Shown piece by piece: positions 48,921 to 61,100 of a stretch of DNA of 64,000 bases; position 1 is the stretch's first letter, and each line of letters opens with the position of its first letter. The position numbers and the translations under genes are program-made. The notes beneath the pieces are model-generated. The model was not told where the DNA came from. It was given only the letters and a program-made list of their open reading frames with translations, and did not search any database. The stretch is from a virus, in IMG/VR virus record IMGVR_UViG_3300046468_001139. One strand, 5' to 3'.

Positions 48921-50378
48921 ATGGCCATAGCAAGAATATCCGGTCCGTTACTAGCATCAAACTTAGTACGTACACAATCCGATCTTAAATTTGAAACTGA
49001 TCTTCTTCACATTGGTTCTAGTAACACTCGTATTGGTGTTAGAACAGATGCCCCTACAGACTTATTACAAATTAACGGTCAAGTTAAAATTATTGACCCA
49101 TATGCAACACGCTTAACTGGCGGCAATATCGAAATTAATACAAATGGTGCTAGAGCAGTTGTAGGCGATATTAATTTAGACTCACAAGCAAACATTCGTG
49201 CTGAAGAAATTAATACTGAAAAGTTATCTTTCAATTCACGCACAATTAGTAGTTTTACAAACAGCGATATTGTATTTGATCCTAACGGTTCGGGTACTAC
49301 ACAGTTCTTAAAAAGTGTTGTACAAATAGGTGATATGCACGCCGACGGAAATATTACTATTGCAGGTAATGTTAGTACAGGCGGAACATTTAACTTTGGT
49401 GACGATGCAAGTGATCAACTTTCATTTGGTAGTGTAGACTTTAGTCAAGATATAAATCCTAGAAGAACTGAGGACTTATTAAACTTAGGTAGTGCTACTA
49501 AGATGTGGAACAATTTTACTGTTGGTAAAGCAGTATTAGGTGACATTGAAATTGACACAGGTGTAATTACAACTAGAAGTTCAGGTAACAATTTAATAAT
49601 ACGTGCTAGTGGAACAGGAGCAGTTGTTATTGACAATATGCGTTTCTCTAGTAGTACACTTACAACTACATCGGGTGATTTAGTAATAGAACCAGGTGAT
49701 GAAGACGTAGGCATTAGTGCCGCAGGTGCATTAAATGTTCCTCATGGTACAGAAGCACAAAGACCTAGTACTTACAGAGATGTTAGATATAATACAACAA
49801 CTAACTTCTTTGAATTATTTTCAAACGCATATACCCCATTAAAAGGTATATGGAGTGAGGATAGACAAACTTATGTGTTAGCAGACAACAGCAACAGATT
49901 TGATTTTTATACTAATGGTGTAACAAATGTTAATATGGGTGTTGACGGATTGACTGCACATAGACTAGTATCACAAGACAGTATTACAATTGACAACGGA
50001 ACTATTAGTTCAGCTGGTACTAACGATGCTATTAATTTAACAGCAAATGGTACGGGTAGTGTTATTACAGCAAACTTTAAGTTCAAAGGTAATACTATTA
50101 CTAACACACATGCAACTAATAATCTAGTATTATCTAAAACAGGAATATACGGATATATTCAATTTGACGGCACATATGGAATAAAAATACCATATGGATC
50201 AACAGCCGCAAGACCACTAGGATATATTGGAGCAACACGCTTTAATACTACACTAAACTACCTTGAAACGTATGATGGTGCCAGTCAAACCTGGGCAAAC
50301 GTATCAGGTGCAGGTGATTCTATTAACACCGAGTATATGGAAGAACTAGGCTTTATCTATACGTTAGCACTCGGTTAA
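48921..50378 (+). CDS. Virion fibre protein
   Basis: TATAAATA at 48896-903; repeated P.G..A.RP...R.NTT...E and I..NGTG.V modules; paralogue of 50521. Confidence 0.6.
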   Translation: MAIARISGPLLASNLVRTQSDLKFETDLLHIGSSNTRIGVRTDAPTDLLQINGQVKIIDPYATRLTGGNIEINTNGARAVVGDINLDSQANIRAEEINTEKLSFNSRTISSFTNSDIVFDPNGSGTTQFLKSVVQIGDMHADGNITIAGNVSTGGTFNFGDDASDQLSFGSVDFSQDINPRRTEDLLNLGSATKMWNNFTVGKAVLGDIEIDTGVITTRSSGNNLIIRASGTGAVVIDNMRFSSSTLTTTSGDLVIEPGDEDVGISAAGALNVPHGTEAQRPSTYRDVRYNTTTNFFELFSNAYTPLKGIWSEDRQTYVLADNSNRFDFYTNGVTNVNMGVDGLTAHRLVSQDSITIDNGTISSAGTNDAINLTANGTGSVITANFKFKGNTITNTHATNNLVLSKTGIYGYIQFDGTYGIKIPYGSTAARPLGYIGATRFNTTLNYLETYDGASQTWANVSGAGDSINTEYMEELGFIYTLALG

Positions 50379-50520
50379 TTCCAAAATCGATAAATACATA
50401 TAACATAGTACAAGACCAGTGAAGGGAGAGATACCGTTCACCGTGCTGTGGGACATTACTGTGGTCAACCCGCAATGTAAGGTGGTTGGAGGGACAGGAT
50501 CCCCGTATTAGGAGAAAAAG

Positions 50521-51996
50521 GTGGCTGTAGGTCGTATTACTGGTCCGCTTTTAAAGCAGAATCTTCTTCGTAATGGAGTAGACTTAGCTTTTGAGACGGA
50601 TTTACTTTATCTGGATGTTAATAACACCCGCGTTGGTATCAATACCGCAACTCCTCAATACGATTTAGATATTAACGGAACAGCAAGATCAATAGATTTA
50701 ATTTCATCAGGTACAGCATATGTAGGTGATGTTAGAATTAATGGCAATACAATTAGTACTATTGCAAATACACTTAATCTTACTACAGTTGGTTCCGACA
50801 AAGTAACAGCATTAAAAACATTAGATGTTGACGATTTACGTCTTGACACTAATGTAATCAGTACAACAGTTTCAAACGCAGATATAGATATTATTCCAGA
50901 CGGTACAGGTAAAGTAAACGTTACAGGTAACGCACAAGTTACAGGGAATTTAAATGTAACAGGGAATGTTTCAGCAACAGGTGATATTACTATTGGTGGT
51001 AACGTTACTATTGGTGATGACGAGAACGATACTATCAACATTGTTGCAGGTATTACAAGTGATTTATTACCGTCAGAGACAGCAAAATACAACTTAGGAA
51101 CTACAGCTGAAACGTGGAACAGTATACACGCTACAAGTGCATACATTGATGACATACAAATTGATACAGGTGTTATACAAAACACAGTTTCAAACGCTGA
51201 TTTAGAATTAAGATATGCAGGTAACGGTAGTGTTATCATTGACGATTTTGTACTTAAAGGTAGCAGAATTAGTTCAGCAAATGATATTGTTTTTGCACCG
51301 TCAACAGGTGTTGTTGATATTGATGGTACAGGATCTATTAGAATACCAGCAGGTACAACTGCACAAAGACCAAGTGTACCAGCAGTAGGTATGATACGTT
51401 ACAACACAACTACTTCAAAGTTTGAAGGTTACGATGGTAACTGGGTAGTATTAACAGGTGTGTATGATTTAGATGCAGACACATATATTACAGCTGAATT
51501 AACACCAGGTGCAAATGACGATACTATACGTTTTTATGCTGGTGGAACTGAAATTGCTAGTGTTACACAAACAGAATTTAACGTTGCTAAACTACAAATT
51601 GACAGTATTAGCATCGACGGTCAAACAATTAGTACAACAACAGCTGATACCGACCTTATTTTAGCACCAAACGGCACTGGTGGTGTACAAATAGACAACA
51701 TTAATATTAGTCAAAGTACAATAAATAACACTAGTACAGATGCAGTAACAACGTTTAGTAGCACAGGAACAGGCTTCTTTGAAATTGCAGGCACAGACGG
51801 ATTTGTTGTACCAGTTGGAACAGGATCAGAAAGACACCCTAGTCCAGTAATTGGTATGATGAGATGGAATACAACTGATGGACGTTTAGAGATATATGAC
51901 GGCACTCAGTGGGATTCAGTAGCAGGTAGTTCAGGATCAGTTTCGCAAACAGACGCACAAAATATTGCATTAGAATTAGTTTTGAGCATGGGATAA
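50521..51996 (+). CDS. Virion fibre protein
   Basis: GTG start with AGGAG SD; MAVGRITGPLL..NL.R...DL.FETDLL matches 48921; same repeat modules. Confidence 0.6.
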   Translation: MAVGRITGPLLKQNLLRNGVDLAFETDLLYLDVNNTRVGINTATPQYDLDINGTARSIDLISSGTAYVGDVRINGNTISTIANTLNLTTVGSDKVTALKTLDVDDLRLDTNVISTTVSNADIDIIPDGTGKVNVTGNAQVTGNLNVTGNVSATGDITIGGNVTIGDDENDTINIVAGITSDLLPSETAKYNLGTTAETWNSIHATSAYIDDIQIDTGVIQNTVSNADLELRYAGNGSVIIDDFVLKGSRISSANDIVFAPSTGVVDIDGTGSIRIPAGTTAQRPSVPAVGMIRYNTTTSKFEGYDGNWVVLTGVYDLDADTYITAELTPGANDDTIRFYAGGTEIASVTQTEFNVAKLQIDSISIDGQTISTTTADTDLILAPNGTGGVQIDNINISQSTINNTSTDAVTTFSSTGTGFFEIAGTDGFVVPVGTGSERHPSPVIGMMRWNTTDGRLEIYDGTQWDSVAGSSGSVSQTDAQNIALELVLSMG

Positions 51997-52007
51997 AGAT
52001 ATAAGAT

Positions 52008-52337
52008 ATGGCAACGTTTTTTAAAAATAAAGTAGAAAAAAGTGTAGGAACAGTACCTATCACAATACTAACAGTTCCACCGGCAAGTAAAGTTACTGCT
52101 ATTGGAATGAGTATTGCAAACTTGCTAGACGGTAACACTAGAATTAGTATTCAAGTAAAAGATGATACTAGTGTACTAGGATATTATATTAAAGATGTAA
52201 TGATTGCACCAAACGCATCATTACGTGCAATTAATGGTGGTGAGAAATTAGTTCTCCCAGGAAATAACGAAGTAGTAGTAACAGCAGATCAAGATGATGC
52301 TGTTGATGTAATTTTAAGTTACGTGGAGATTGTATAA
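52008..52337 (+). CDS. Small virion protein, paralogue of 48054..48386
   Basis: Shared motif, GEKLVL...DVILSYVEI. Confidence 0.55.
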   Translation: MATFFKNKVEKSVGTVPITILTVPPASKVTAIGMSIANLLDGNTRISIQVKDDTSVLGYYIKDVMIAPNASLRAINGGEKLVLPGNNEVVVTADQDDAVDVILSYVEIV

Positions 52338-52735
52338 TGGTACAGTATGTAGGACAAGCACCTTTAGCAGGGCAAACAGGAGATAGATATTTTTACGCAC
52401 TTCGCAGAGACGATGATGGTGCATTGTTTGTTGCTAAGGTAGACGTTGCTAGTCCGTCAGATGCAATCCAAATGAACAGACCAGGTGGACCAGACGGCAA
52501 CTTTGCTGACTTCCAAACTGGCGAAGATTTCTTTGAAGGAAGAAATCCTAACCATGTACTAGTTTTTGATAACTTAGTATATGAACAAATGAGATGGGAC
52601 GAAAAAAACATTTATTATTATGTTAATGAAGAAGGTGAGTTAGTCCTAAGAATTAATACAAAATATACATACGATGACAATGCATCAGCTGATCATTTAC
52701 CGTTTGGAACTAACCCGACAGGATACACAGGATAA
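52337..52735 (+). CDS. Hypothetical virion-associated protein
   Basis: Translationally coupled (TAATG) on both sides; YFYALRRDDDG.L...YEQ.RWD...YYVNEEGELV. Confidence 0.55.
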   Translation: MVQYVGQAPLAGQTGDRYFYALRRDDDGALFVAKVDVASPSDAIQMNRPGGPDGNFADFQTGEDFFEGRNPNHVLVFDNLVYEQMRWDEKNIYYYVNEEGELVLRINTKYTYDDNASADHLPFGTNPTGYTG

Positions 52736-55700
52736 TGGCCGAATTTAATCTAGCACGAATAAGATATACTTGGAAAAATGTCTGGCTTGCAGGTGCAACA
52801 TACATCAAAGACGATATCATTAGACATGGTGGTAACACTTATGTTTGTATGGAAGGACACTTATCAGACCAAACTAGTTTTAACACAGATTTAACTGCGG
52901 CAACTCCAAAATGGTTATTAATGTCAGACGGTTACCAATGGAAAGGTAACTGGGCAGTTGAAACAAGATATAAAGTTAACGACTTAGTAAAATACAACGG
53001 TATAGTTTATCGTGTAATTGAAGAACATTTATCAGCGACAACACAAGCTGAAGGTATTACTGACGATACTGATAAGTTTTTATCATTTGCTTCAACTGAA
53101 GATTGGAACGGAGTATGGGCACCTCTAACAAGATATAGAATAGGTGACATTATACGTTACGGTTCTATTGTTTATAAATGTATTGAAGAACATACATCAA
53201 GTTCTATTACAGCAGGACTTGAACAAGACCAATCAAAATGGCAACTTACGTTTAAAGGTAATGACTTTAAATTTGAATGGGCTCCTAACTCAAGATATAA
53301 AATAGATGACGTTGTAAAATACGGTGGTATTATCTATAGATGTGTACAAGGTCATACTTCTGCGGCATCAGCTCTATTAGGCTTAGAAGATGATTTAAGC
53401 AAATGGACTGTTGTACTAAGTGGTATTGAATATAAAGGCTTTTGGCAAGATAACGGAGACTCATCAGGAACAAGATATAAAGTTGGTGATCTAGTAAGAT
53501 ACGGACCAACTGTTTGGAGATGTAAAGAATATCATGCATCATTAACAGACTTTGATGAAAGTAAATTTGATATTTGGATGCCAGGACTAGGCTTTGAAGC
53601 TGAATGGTCAGCATCAACAAGTTACCAACCAGGTGATATTGTACGTTACGGTGGATATACATATACATCAATGACAAACAACTTAGGTAGTGCTCCTAGT
53701 GTAACAGGTGTTTTCTACGAAGGTGAAAGTTTACAAGGTTTATATGATTGGGAATTATTAATTACTGGTTATAAAGTAACAGGTGAATGGACATCATCAA
53801 CTGCATATAGAACAGGTGACGTAGTTAGAAATAACGGATTTGTTTATATTGCTGTACAAGATAATACTAATCAGCAACCAGATGCATTAGATCCTGAAAT
53901 ATCAGGTTACTACGATCCAGGTGAAACTAGAAGTGCAAACGGTGGATACTCAATGTATTGGCAGTTAGTAATTACTGGTGTTTCATATCAAGGTGAATGG
54001 ATTGATACTAAAGATTATGTACTAGGCGACATAGTTGTTCAAGCAGGACAAACATGGAAATGTATACAAGCACACGAAGGTGATGATTCATCATTAGTTG
54101 AACCAGCACTAGATGCAACAAACAGTTACTGGACGAAACACATTGTAGGTGCTACTGGTAACGTGATGCAATACAGAGGTGATATTAGAACACATGATGG
54201 AAGTAATCATGTAAGACGTGCTATTGGTAATCCAGGTGATGCAATGAAAGTTGTGTCAAGTGACGATCAATGGGAAGCATTAGGTACAATTCCTAAAGTG
54301 TATTATGTTGCAACATCAGGACAAGATATTTCAGGTGCAGGATTAACAGCAACTAACCCATTTAAAACAATTAAGTATGCTACACAATATATTTTAGGTG
54401 ACGAAGCTAACAGAGCTCCAGCAACAATTTTTGTTAGCACAGGAATTTTTGAAGAAATTCTTCCTATCAAAGTACCAGCAGGTGTTGCTATTGTTGGAGA
54501 CGAATTAAGAAGTACTACAGTTAAACCAAGAGAAGGTTCAGAAGACCAAGACATGTTCCAAGTTAGAAACGGCTGTGGAATTAGAAATATGACTCTTGAA
54601 GGATTACAAGGTACACTAGGTACACCAGATACTTACGGAGCATCAGTTCCAAGTGCAGGTGCATTTGTTGCACTTGACCCAGGTACAGGACCGTCAGACT
54701 CAAGCGTATGGATTACAACAAAATCAACATATGTACAAAACGTAACAACTATAGGTACTGCTTGTGTTGGATTAAAAATTGACGGTGCATTACACAATAG
54801 CGGAAATAAATCAATCGTTGCTAACGACTTTACACAAGTTATTAGTGATGGTATTGGTGTGTGGGCTAACAAAGACGGTAGAGCAGAGCTTGTATCTGTG
54901 TTTACATATTATTGTCATATTGGTTACTATGCTACAGCAGGTGGTAAACTACGTGCTACAAACGGTAACAACTCATACGGAAAATACGGATCGTTTGCTG
55001 AAGGAGAACTAGTTAGTGAAACTCCAATTACAGCAACAGTTAATAACAGATATTACAATGCAATAGCACCAACTGTTTACAGTAACGCTAACCAAATTTT
55101 TGCACTAGGATACACACACGCAGGTGAAGAATATACTAATGCTACATATAATATTACAGGTTCAGGTAGCGGTGTTGGAGTTGATAACGCTTCGACTGAT
55201 ACTAGAAACGGTGGAATTAGTGAACTTAGATTACTTGATCCAGGTGACTCGAGTACACCAGGTGGTAGAGGACATATTACAGGTGTAAGAAACTCTGCAC
55301 AAGGTGGAGATAGTATTTCAATTACTATTGCACAATCAGATGCAAACGGACCAGAATACTATGTTGGTAGAGCTATTACCGCAGTTAATGGAATAGGTGC
55401 CGCAGATGCAAACAGAGTTGGTAACGTAGACGATGCTCCTTATACATATACAGGAGTTACAGCAACTTCAAATAACCCACTTGCAAAATCTACTGTAGGA
55501 ACATTTACAGTTAGTGTTGACGCAACTGGAGCCGCAACTGTTACAGTTACAAATGGCGGACACAGTCATAGACTTGGAGATACTATTACAATTTTAGATA
55601 GTGACATTGGTAACTTTGGTGCACCAAACTTAACGTTTAATGTATCAGGTATTAGTGAGTCAATGAAAATTATCATTGAAGAAGGTGAAGGTGTTGGACA

Positions 55701-58074
55701 GTTTGGAATAATTGACGAATACTTTACTACAACTAAAAAGATTAATGTACTACGTGAGTCAGATGGCAAACGTGGTTGGGACCATTTAGTTCCAGGTTGG
55801 CCAATTGCAACAACACTAGACGGATCAACAACTTATAGAATTGAATCAAGGATTGAAGTAGAAGCACCACCATATGCAGAAGAAGGCTTTGCTACAGGAT
55901 ATAATGCAACAGCTTGGCAAGATTGTTTCTCTGCAACAGGTGCAACAATGGTTGCATTTCCTTCAACAGGAACAGATAAAGCAATTTACAGTAATGAAGC
56001 AGGAGACCAATGGACACCTGCAATTATTGATGCAGACTTTGTAAGACCAAATTGTATTGTTAAGTGTAAAGGTAAATTAAAATACTTTATTGCACTAGGT
56101 GACGGAACTAAAGCTAACTTGTCAACAGCAGGTACAGCATGGGGGTCAACAGCATACAGTATTAATCAACACAACTGGATTGAAATTGTTGAAGGTCCAT
56201 ATAATACAACTTCACACACAGTTATTGCAATGGCAGACGACAGTGATGAAATTGCAATTAGTACAACAGACGGTACAAGTTGGACTTATGTTAACACAGG
56301 ATTTGGAACAGGACAAAAATTCTTAGCTTACGGTAATGGTAAGTGGATGATTGTTAAAGAAGATGGTACTGCTATAGAAAGTATTAACGATGGCCAAACA
56401 TGGCAGTCAGCAAATAATGTTGCTCCAGGTACATACAACGTTACAGGATTTGCATTTGGTAATGGAAGATTTGTAGCATCAGTACAGCCAAATGGAACAG
56501 CTACATTTGTATTTGATCCATCAACTACAATGATTAATTCATCGACAGGTACAACTAGTGCTACGTTTGGACTAAACAGTACATTCTATATTAGCTTTAC
56601 AGATAAAGACACAGGACCAACAAACTCAAGTTGGTTACAAGTATCAGACGGAAACTACATTGGTACAAGAGTATTTGGACTTGCTTATCAAGACGGATTG
56701 TTTATGGCAATTAGTGTACAAGGTGATATTTTATATGGTGATGGTGGACATGTTTGGAACAACAAACCAGCTATACCTTTATTAAACTCACAGAATTACA
56801 GACAAAAAATTCACCCAATGACTATGACACCAACAACTGGTGCCGCTGGTCCAAGATTTATGATTACTCCGTCAAGTGCAACAGTAAATTTAGCGGCAAT
56901 TAAATTTGGTGCTAAAGCTAAAATGAGAGCGTTCCCTGTAACAACAGGACGTATTGATTCGTTTACAATGTCAGATACAGGTAGTGGTTATGACGCAGGT
57001 GTTCCACCACAAATACATGTACATGATACACAGAAAACAACAGAAGTAACATATCAAGTTAGAGTTAAAAATAGAGTATTAGGTCAACCTAACTTTACTA
57101 ACAGAGGTGCGGCTTATACTAAATTTAACCAAGTAGAAATTACTGGTGACGGTTACGCAGACTTATTCCAAATTGGTGGAGAGATAATTGTTAGCAATCT
57201 AACATTACTTCCAAGTCCAGGTGATAACTTTAGAGTTGACGGTATTAATGATGTAATTTATAAAGTTGGTACAGCTACAATATTAGAAGGTGCTACACCA
57301 AACGCTACAGCAAAACTTACAATTAGTCCTAACATGGGCGTACAAGAATCGCCAGTACATGCTACACCGGCAAATATTAGACAAAACTACAGTCAGGTAA
57401 GATTAACATTCCATGACTTCCTAGATATTGGTACTGGTAATTTTGGCGATACTGCTTATCCATTGTTATACACAGATGGGTATGGTAATATTAATCCACC
57501 AGAGCAATCATACGAAGCTCAAGAGTACAATGGAGGTAGAGTATTCTACGCTTCTACAGACCAAGATGGTAACTTTAGAGTTGGTGAATTGTTTAAAGTT
57601 GAACAAAGTACAGGTATTGTTACTATTAATGCTTCACAGTTTGACTTAAAAGGTCTTGACGAACTTAGACTTGGAGCGTTTATACTTGGTGGAACAAACG
57701 CTGTAATTAGAGAATTCTCAAAAGAACAAACATTTGTTGCTAACAGTAACAATATTGTACCAACACAAAAAGCTATTGCGGCGTATTTACAAGGTAGAAT
57801 TAGTGGTGGTGGATCAAATGTAGCGGCGAACGCAGTTACAGCAGGTACTTGTAAATTTAGTGACTTGAATCACATATCAAATACAGGTGGAATAGCTATT
57901 AATATTCCAGTACCGATGCACATGACTAAAATACCAAGTGGTATGATGATGGCACAAGCGTTCTTTAACGGTAATATGGATACTATGATGCTTACAGAGA
58001 GTCAAGATGACTTTGAAGGAAGCGATGGATTCTATGACGGTGGCGAAAATGGCTACGGTCCAGGGGGAATATAA
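52735..58074 (+). CDS. Giant tail fibre/appendage protein with CBM5/12-like W/Y repeats, a pectin-lyase-like region and BNR-like repeats
   Basis: Multiple W...T.Y..GD.V.YGG..Y.C...H repeats; YVQNVTT/SIVANDFTQV region; S.DG.TW repeats. Confidence 0.65.
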   Translation: MAEFNLARIRYTWKNVWLAGATYIKDDIIRHGGNTYVCMEGHLSDQTSFNTDLTAATPKWLLMSDGYQWKGNWAVETRYKVNDLVKYNGIVYRVIEEHLSATTQAEGITDDTDKFLSFASTEDWNGVWAPLTRYRIGDIIRYGSIVYKCIEEHTSSSITAGLEQDQSKWQLTFKGNDFKFEWAPNSRYKIDDVVKYGGIIYRCVQGHTSAASALLGLEDDLSKWTVVLSGIEYKGFWQDNGDSSGTRYKVGDLVRYGPTVWRCKEYHASLTDFDESKFDIWMPGLGFEAEWSASTSYQPGDIVRYGGYTYTSMTNNLGSAPSVTGVFYEGESLQGLYDWELLITGYKVTGEWTSSTAYRTGDVVRNNGFVYIAVQDNTNQQPDALDPEISGYYDPGETRSANGGYSMYWQLVITGVSYQGEWIDTKDYVLGDIVVQAGQTWKCIQAHEGDDSSLVEPALDATNSYWTKHIVGATGNVMQYRGDIRTHDGSNHVRRAIGNPGDAMKVVSSDDQWEALGTIPKVYYVATSGQDISGAGLTATNPFKTIKYATQYILGDEANRAPATIFVSTGIFEEILPIKVPAGVAIVGDELRSTTVKPREGSEDQDMFQVRNGCGIRNMTLEGLQGTLGTPDTYGASVPSAGAFVALDPGTGPSDSSVWITTKSTYVQNVTTIGTACVGLKIDGALHNSGNKSIVANDFTQVISDGIGVWANKDGRAELVSVFTYYCHIGYYATAGGKLRATNGNNSYGKYGSFAEGELVSETPITATVNNRYYNAIAPTVYSNANQIFALGYTHAGEEYTNATYNITGSGSGVGVDNASTDTRNGGISELRLLDPGDSSTPGGRGHITGVRNSAQGGDSISITIAQSDANGPEYYVGRAITAVNGIGAADANRVGNVDDAPYTYTGVTATSNNPLAKSTVGTFTVSVDATGAATVTVTNGGHSHRLGDTITILDSDIGNFGAPNLTFNVSGISESMKIIIEEGEGVGQFGIIDEYFTTTKKINVLRESDGKRGWDHLVPGWPIATTLDGSTTYRIESRIEVEAPPYAEEGFATGYNATAWQDCFSATGATMVAFPSTGTDKAIYSNEAGDQWTPAIIDADFVRPNCIVKCKGKLKYFIALGDGTKANLSTAGTAWGSTAYSINQHNWIEIVEGPYNTTSHTVIAMADDSDEIAISTTDGTSWTYVNTGFGTGQKFLAYGNGKWMIVKEDGTAIESINDGQTWQSANNVAPGTYNVTGFAFGNGRFVASVQPNGTATFVFDPSTTMINSSTGTTSATFGLNSTFYISFTDKDTGPTNSSWLQVSDGNYIGTRVFGLAYQDGLFMAISVQGDILYGDGGHVWNNKPAIPLLNSQNYRQKIHPMTMTPTTGAAGPRFMITPSSATVNLAAIKFGAKAKMRAFPVTTGRIDSFTMSDTGSGYDAGVPPQIHVHDTQKTTEVTYQVRVKNRVLGQPNFTNRGAAYTKFNQVEITGDGYADLFQIGGEIIVSNLTLLPSPGDNFRVDGINDVIYKVGTATILEGATPNATAKLTISPNMGVQESPVHATPANIRQNYSQVRLTFHDFLDIGTGNFGDTAYPLLYTDGYGNINPPEQSYEAQEYNGGRVFYASTDQDGNFRVGELFKVEQSTGIVTINASQFDLKGLDELRLGAFILGGTNAVIREFSKEQTFVANSNNIVPTQKAIAAYLQGRISGGGSNVAANAVTAGTCKFSDLNHISNTGGIAINIPVPMHMTKIPSGMMMAQAFFNGNMDTMMLTESQDDFEGSDGFYDGGENGYGPGGI

Positions 58075-58116
58075 ACCAAATGATAAATACATATAACACG
58101 CATGTAGGAAGAAACA

Positions 58117-61100
58117 ATGGCAGAATTTAAACTAGGTAGAATTAGATTTGTATGGAAAGGTTCTTGGACAACCGGAACTGTATACTATAAAGACGACATC
58201 GTAAGACAAGGCGGAAGAACTTACTTCTGTAACGTAGGTCACACAGCGTCTGCAGATTTTGCCACAGATGAATCAGCTAAATGGCAACTATTTACAGATG
58301 GTGTTTCTTGGAACGGTACTTGGACTTCTAACTACTATTACAAACAAAACGACCTTATTAAATATGGTGGTTACCTTTACGTTTGTAACACAGCTCACAC
58401 TTCTGAAGTAGACGGTGCAACAGCAGGAAAATTAGAAACTGATCAAGCTAAATGGGATTTATTTGCAGAAGGCTTTGATTGGAAAAGCGACTGGACTATT
58501 ACTACAGTTTATAAAGTAAATGACATTGTTAAGTACGGTGGTAATTTATATCTTTGTAACACAGCACATACAGGTTCAAGTTCACAAGGTAGTGACACTG
58601 ATGGATTAGAAGCAGATCTTTCTAAATGGGATATTTTCTCAAAAGGAATGGACTGGAAAAGCGACTGGGCAATTAGTACAAGATACAGAGCCGGCGATAC
58701 TGTTAAGTATGGCGGCAGAATGTACATTTGTAATGAAGGTCACCTTAGTGCGGCAACAACTGGCGATGGTCTAGAATCAGATCAAACTAAGTGGGACGTT
58801 GTACACAACGGTATTGAATACAAAACAGTACATGCAATTAATACACGATACAAAATTAATGATGTTGTTAAGTATGGTGGCGGTCTTTGGATCAACACAC
58901 ACGAACATACATCAAGTGCAACAAGTTTAACTGACGATGTTACAAGTGCAGGACACATTGTAACGATTGATCAAATTAGTGCCGCTGACACAGACAGAAC
59001 AGCAGGTACATACAACGACATTACAGGAACATCAAACGGTTCAGGTACTGGACACAGATTTAATATTACAATAGACAATCTTGGTGCGGCAACTGTAACA
59101 GTAGTTAAAGGTGGACAAGGACATGCGATTGGTAACACAATTTCAATTAGTCCAACAGACTTTGGCGGAACAGGAACTACACTTACGTTTAACGTTCTTA
59201 CTATTGAAACAAGTACACAATGGCAACAGTTTATTCCAGGTTTAGAATTTGAAGACAGTTGGTCAGGATCAACTGCATACCAAATAGGTGACTTTGTTAC
59301 TTATGGTGGTTACTCTTATATTGCTACGCAAAACAACACTAACGTTGTTCCATTTGGTAACGCATCAACATGGGATTTATTTACAACAGGATTTAGTTTA
59401 AAAGGTGACTACAATAATGCAACTGCTTATAAAGTTGGTGATGTAGTTAGAGTTGGTGGATACACATATATTAGTATCCAAGACACAACAGGAAACAGAC
59501 CACCTAACGTAACTTATTGGGACAGACTTAACGAAGGTATGTCTTGGAAAGATGCGTGGGCTAACGCAACATACTACGACTTAGGTGATGTTGTTAGAGG
59601 AATTAACAATGTTAACTCTTATATTTGTGTACAAGCACACACATCAGATCAAGTAAGTAATCAAGATAGACCAGATCAAGATGTAGCAGGTGCATATTGG
59701 AAACTTATGTCAGGCGGTGTTGAGTCAGGTAACTTAACAACTGCTGGTGACTTAGTTTACTACGGTGGATCAGGACCAACAAGATTACCAATTGGTAAAG
59801 ACGGTCAAGTATTAAAAGTTAATGAGGCAGGTAATGCTCCGGAATGGGCATACTTTGGTCAGTTAGATCAAGTTTACTATGTTGGTAAAAGTGGTGTTGA
59901 CGGATTTGCACCAGCATATGGTGTTACAATCGATAAGCCATTCTTTTCAACAAGATGGGCATGTGAGCAAATACGTAAAGGGCCACGTAACCCAGAAGCA
60001 ACAAATTTAATTGAGATGAACAAACAGTTTATCCAAGAACAAACAATGGAATTTATTACACACAGTATTGCAAATAATACTGCTCCATTTACAACTTCAT
60101 TTACATATGATGCAGTTAAATGTCGTAGAGACATTGGAATTATTTTAGATGCATTACTATGGGATCTAAGACACGGCGGTAATGTAAGAATGCGTGAATG
60201 TGCATTGTCTTATATTTCACCAGGTGGTGCAAACTATGTTGCAGGACAAACAGCAGAAACTAATGCGGCAATTAATTACGCAATGAGCTTACTGCCAAAC
60301 ATTATTACAAATTTACCACCAGCGGCAAACTACGCAACATTAAACAGCGTAGCAACACCAGTTGTACAATTTACTGATTCAACTAAAACTGCTGAGCCAA
60401 ACATTGCAACAACAGCTAATGCGTTGACATTATTAATTACAGATACAATTACAGCAGGTAATACTACTAATTTACAGAAAAAAATTAAACCAAACGTAAC
60501 AGTATTTGTTAAAACAGGACAGTATAACGAAATACTTCCAATTATTGTTCCAGCAGATGTAGCAGTTGTTGGTGATGAATTACGTAGTACAGAAATTAGT
60601 GCGGCAACAGCAGGACCAACTGATGTTAACGATGCTAACCTAAGTAAAACTGCTATACTAAGAATGAAAGCAATACTTAGCGATGTTGTATTAAACAACG
60701 CTGTTACTAAAACAGCGGCAGGTGGACACTTAACAATGGATACATTTAGTGCCGCAGACGCAAGTAGAGCAACAGGTACGTATACAGGCGTAACAGGTTC
60801 AAGTTCAGCGGCAGGTACAGTAGGAACATTTGATATTACAGTAGATGCTAACGGTGCAGTAACAAGCGTATTAGTAGTTACAGCAGGATCAGGACATGCA
60901 ATTAACGACACAATTACTATTGCAGATAGTGTATTAGGTAACGGCGGTGGAGCGGCATTTACAATGGATGTTGCAACAATCAGTACAGGTAACACACGTA
61001 CACAAGATGTTAGATTACCAGCAGGTAATGCAACGGCTGTTACAACAGCTGAGTTACTATTCCAAGACATTCATAATTACATTGACTATGAAGTTAACGG

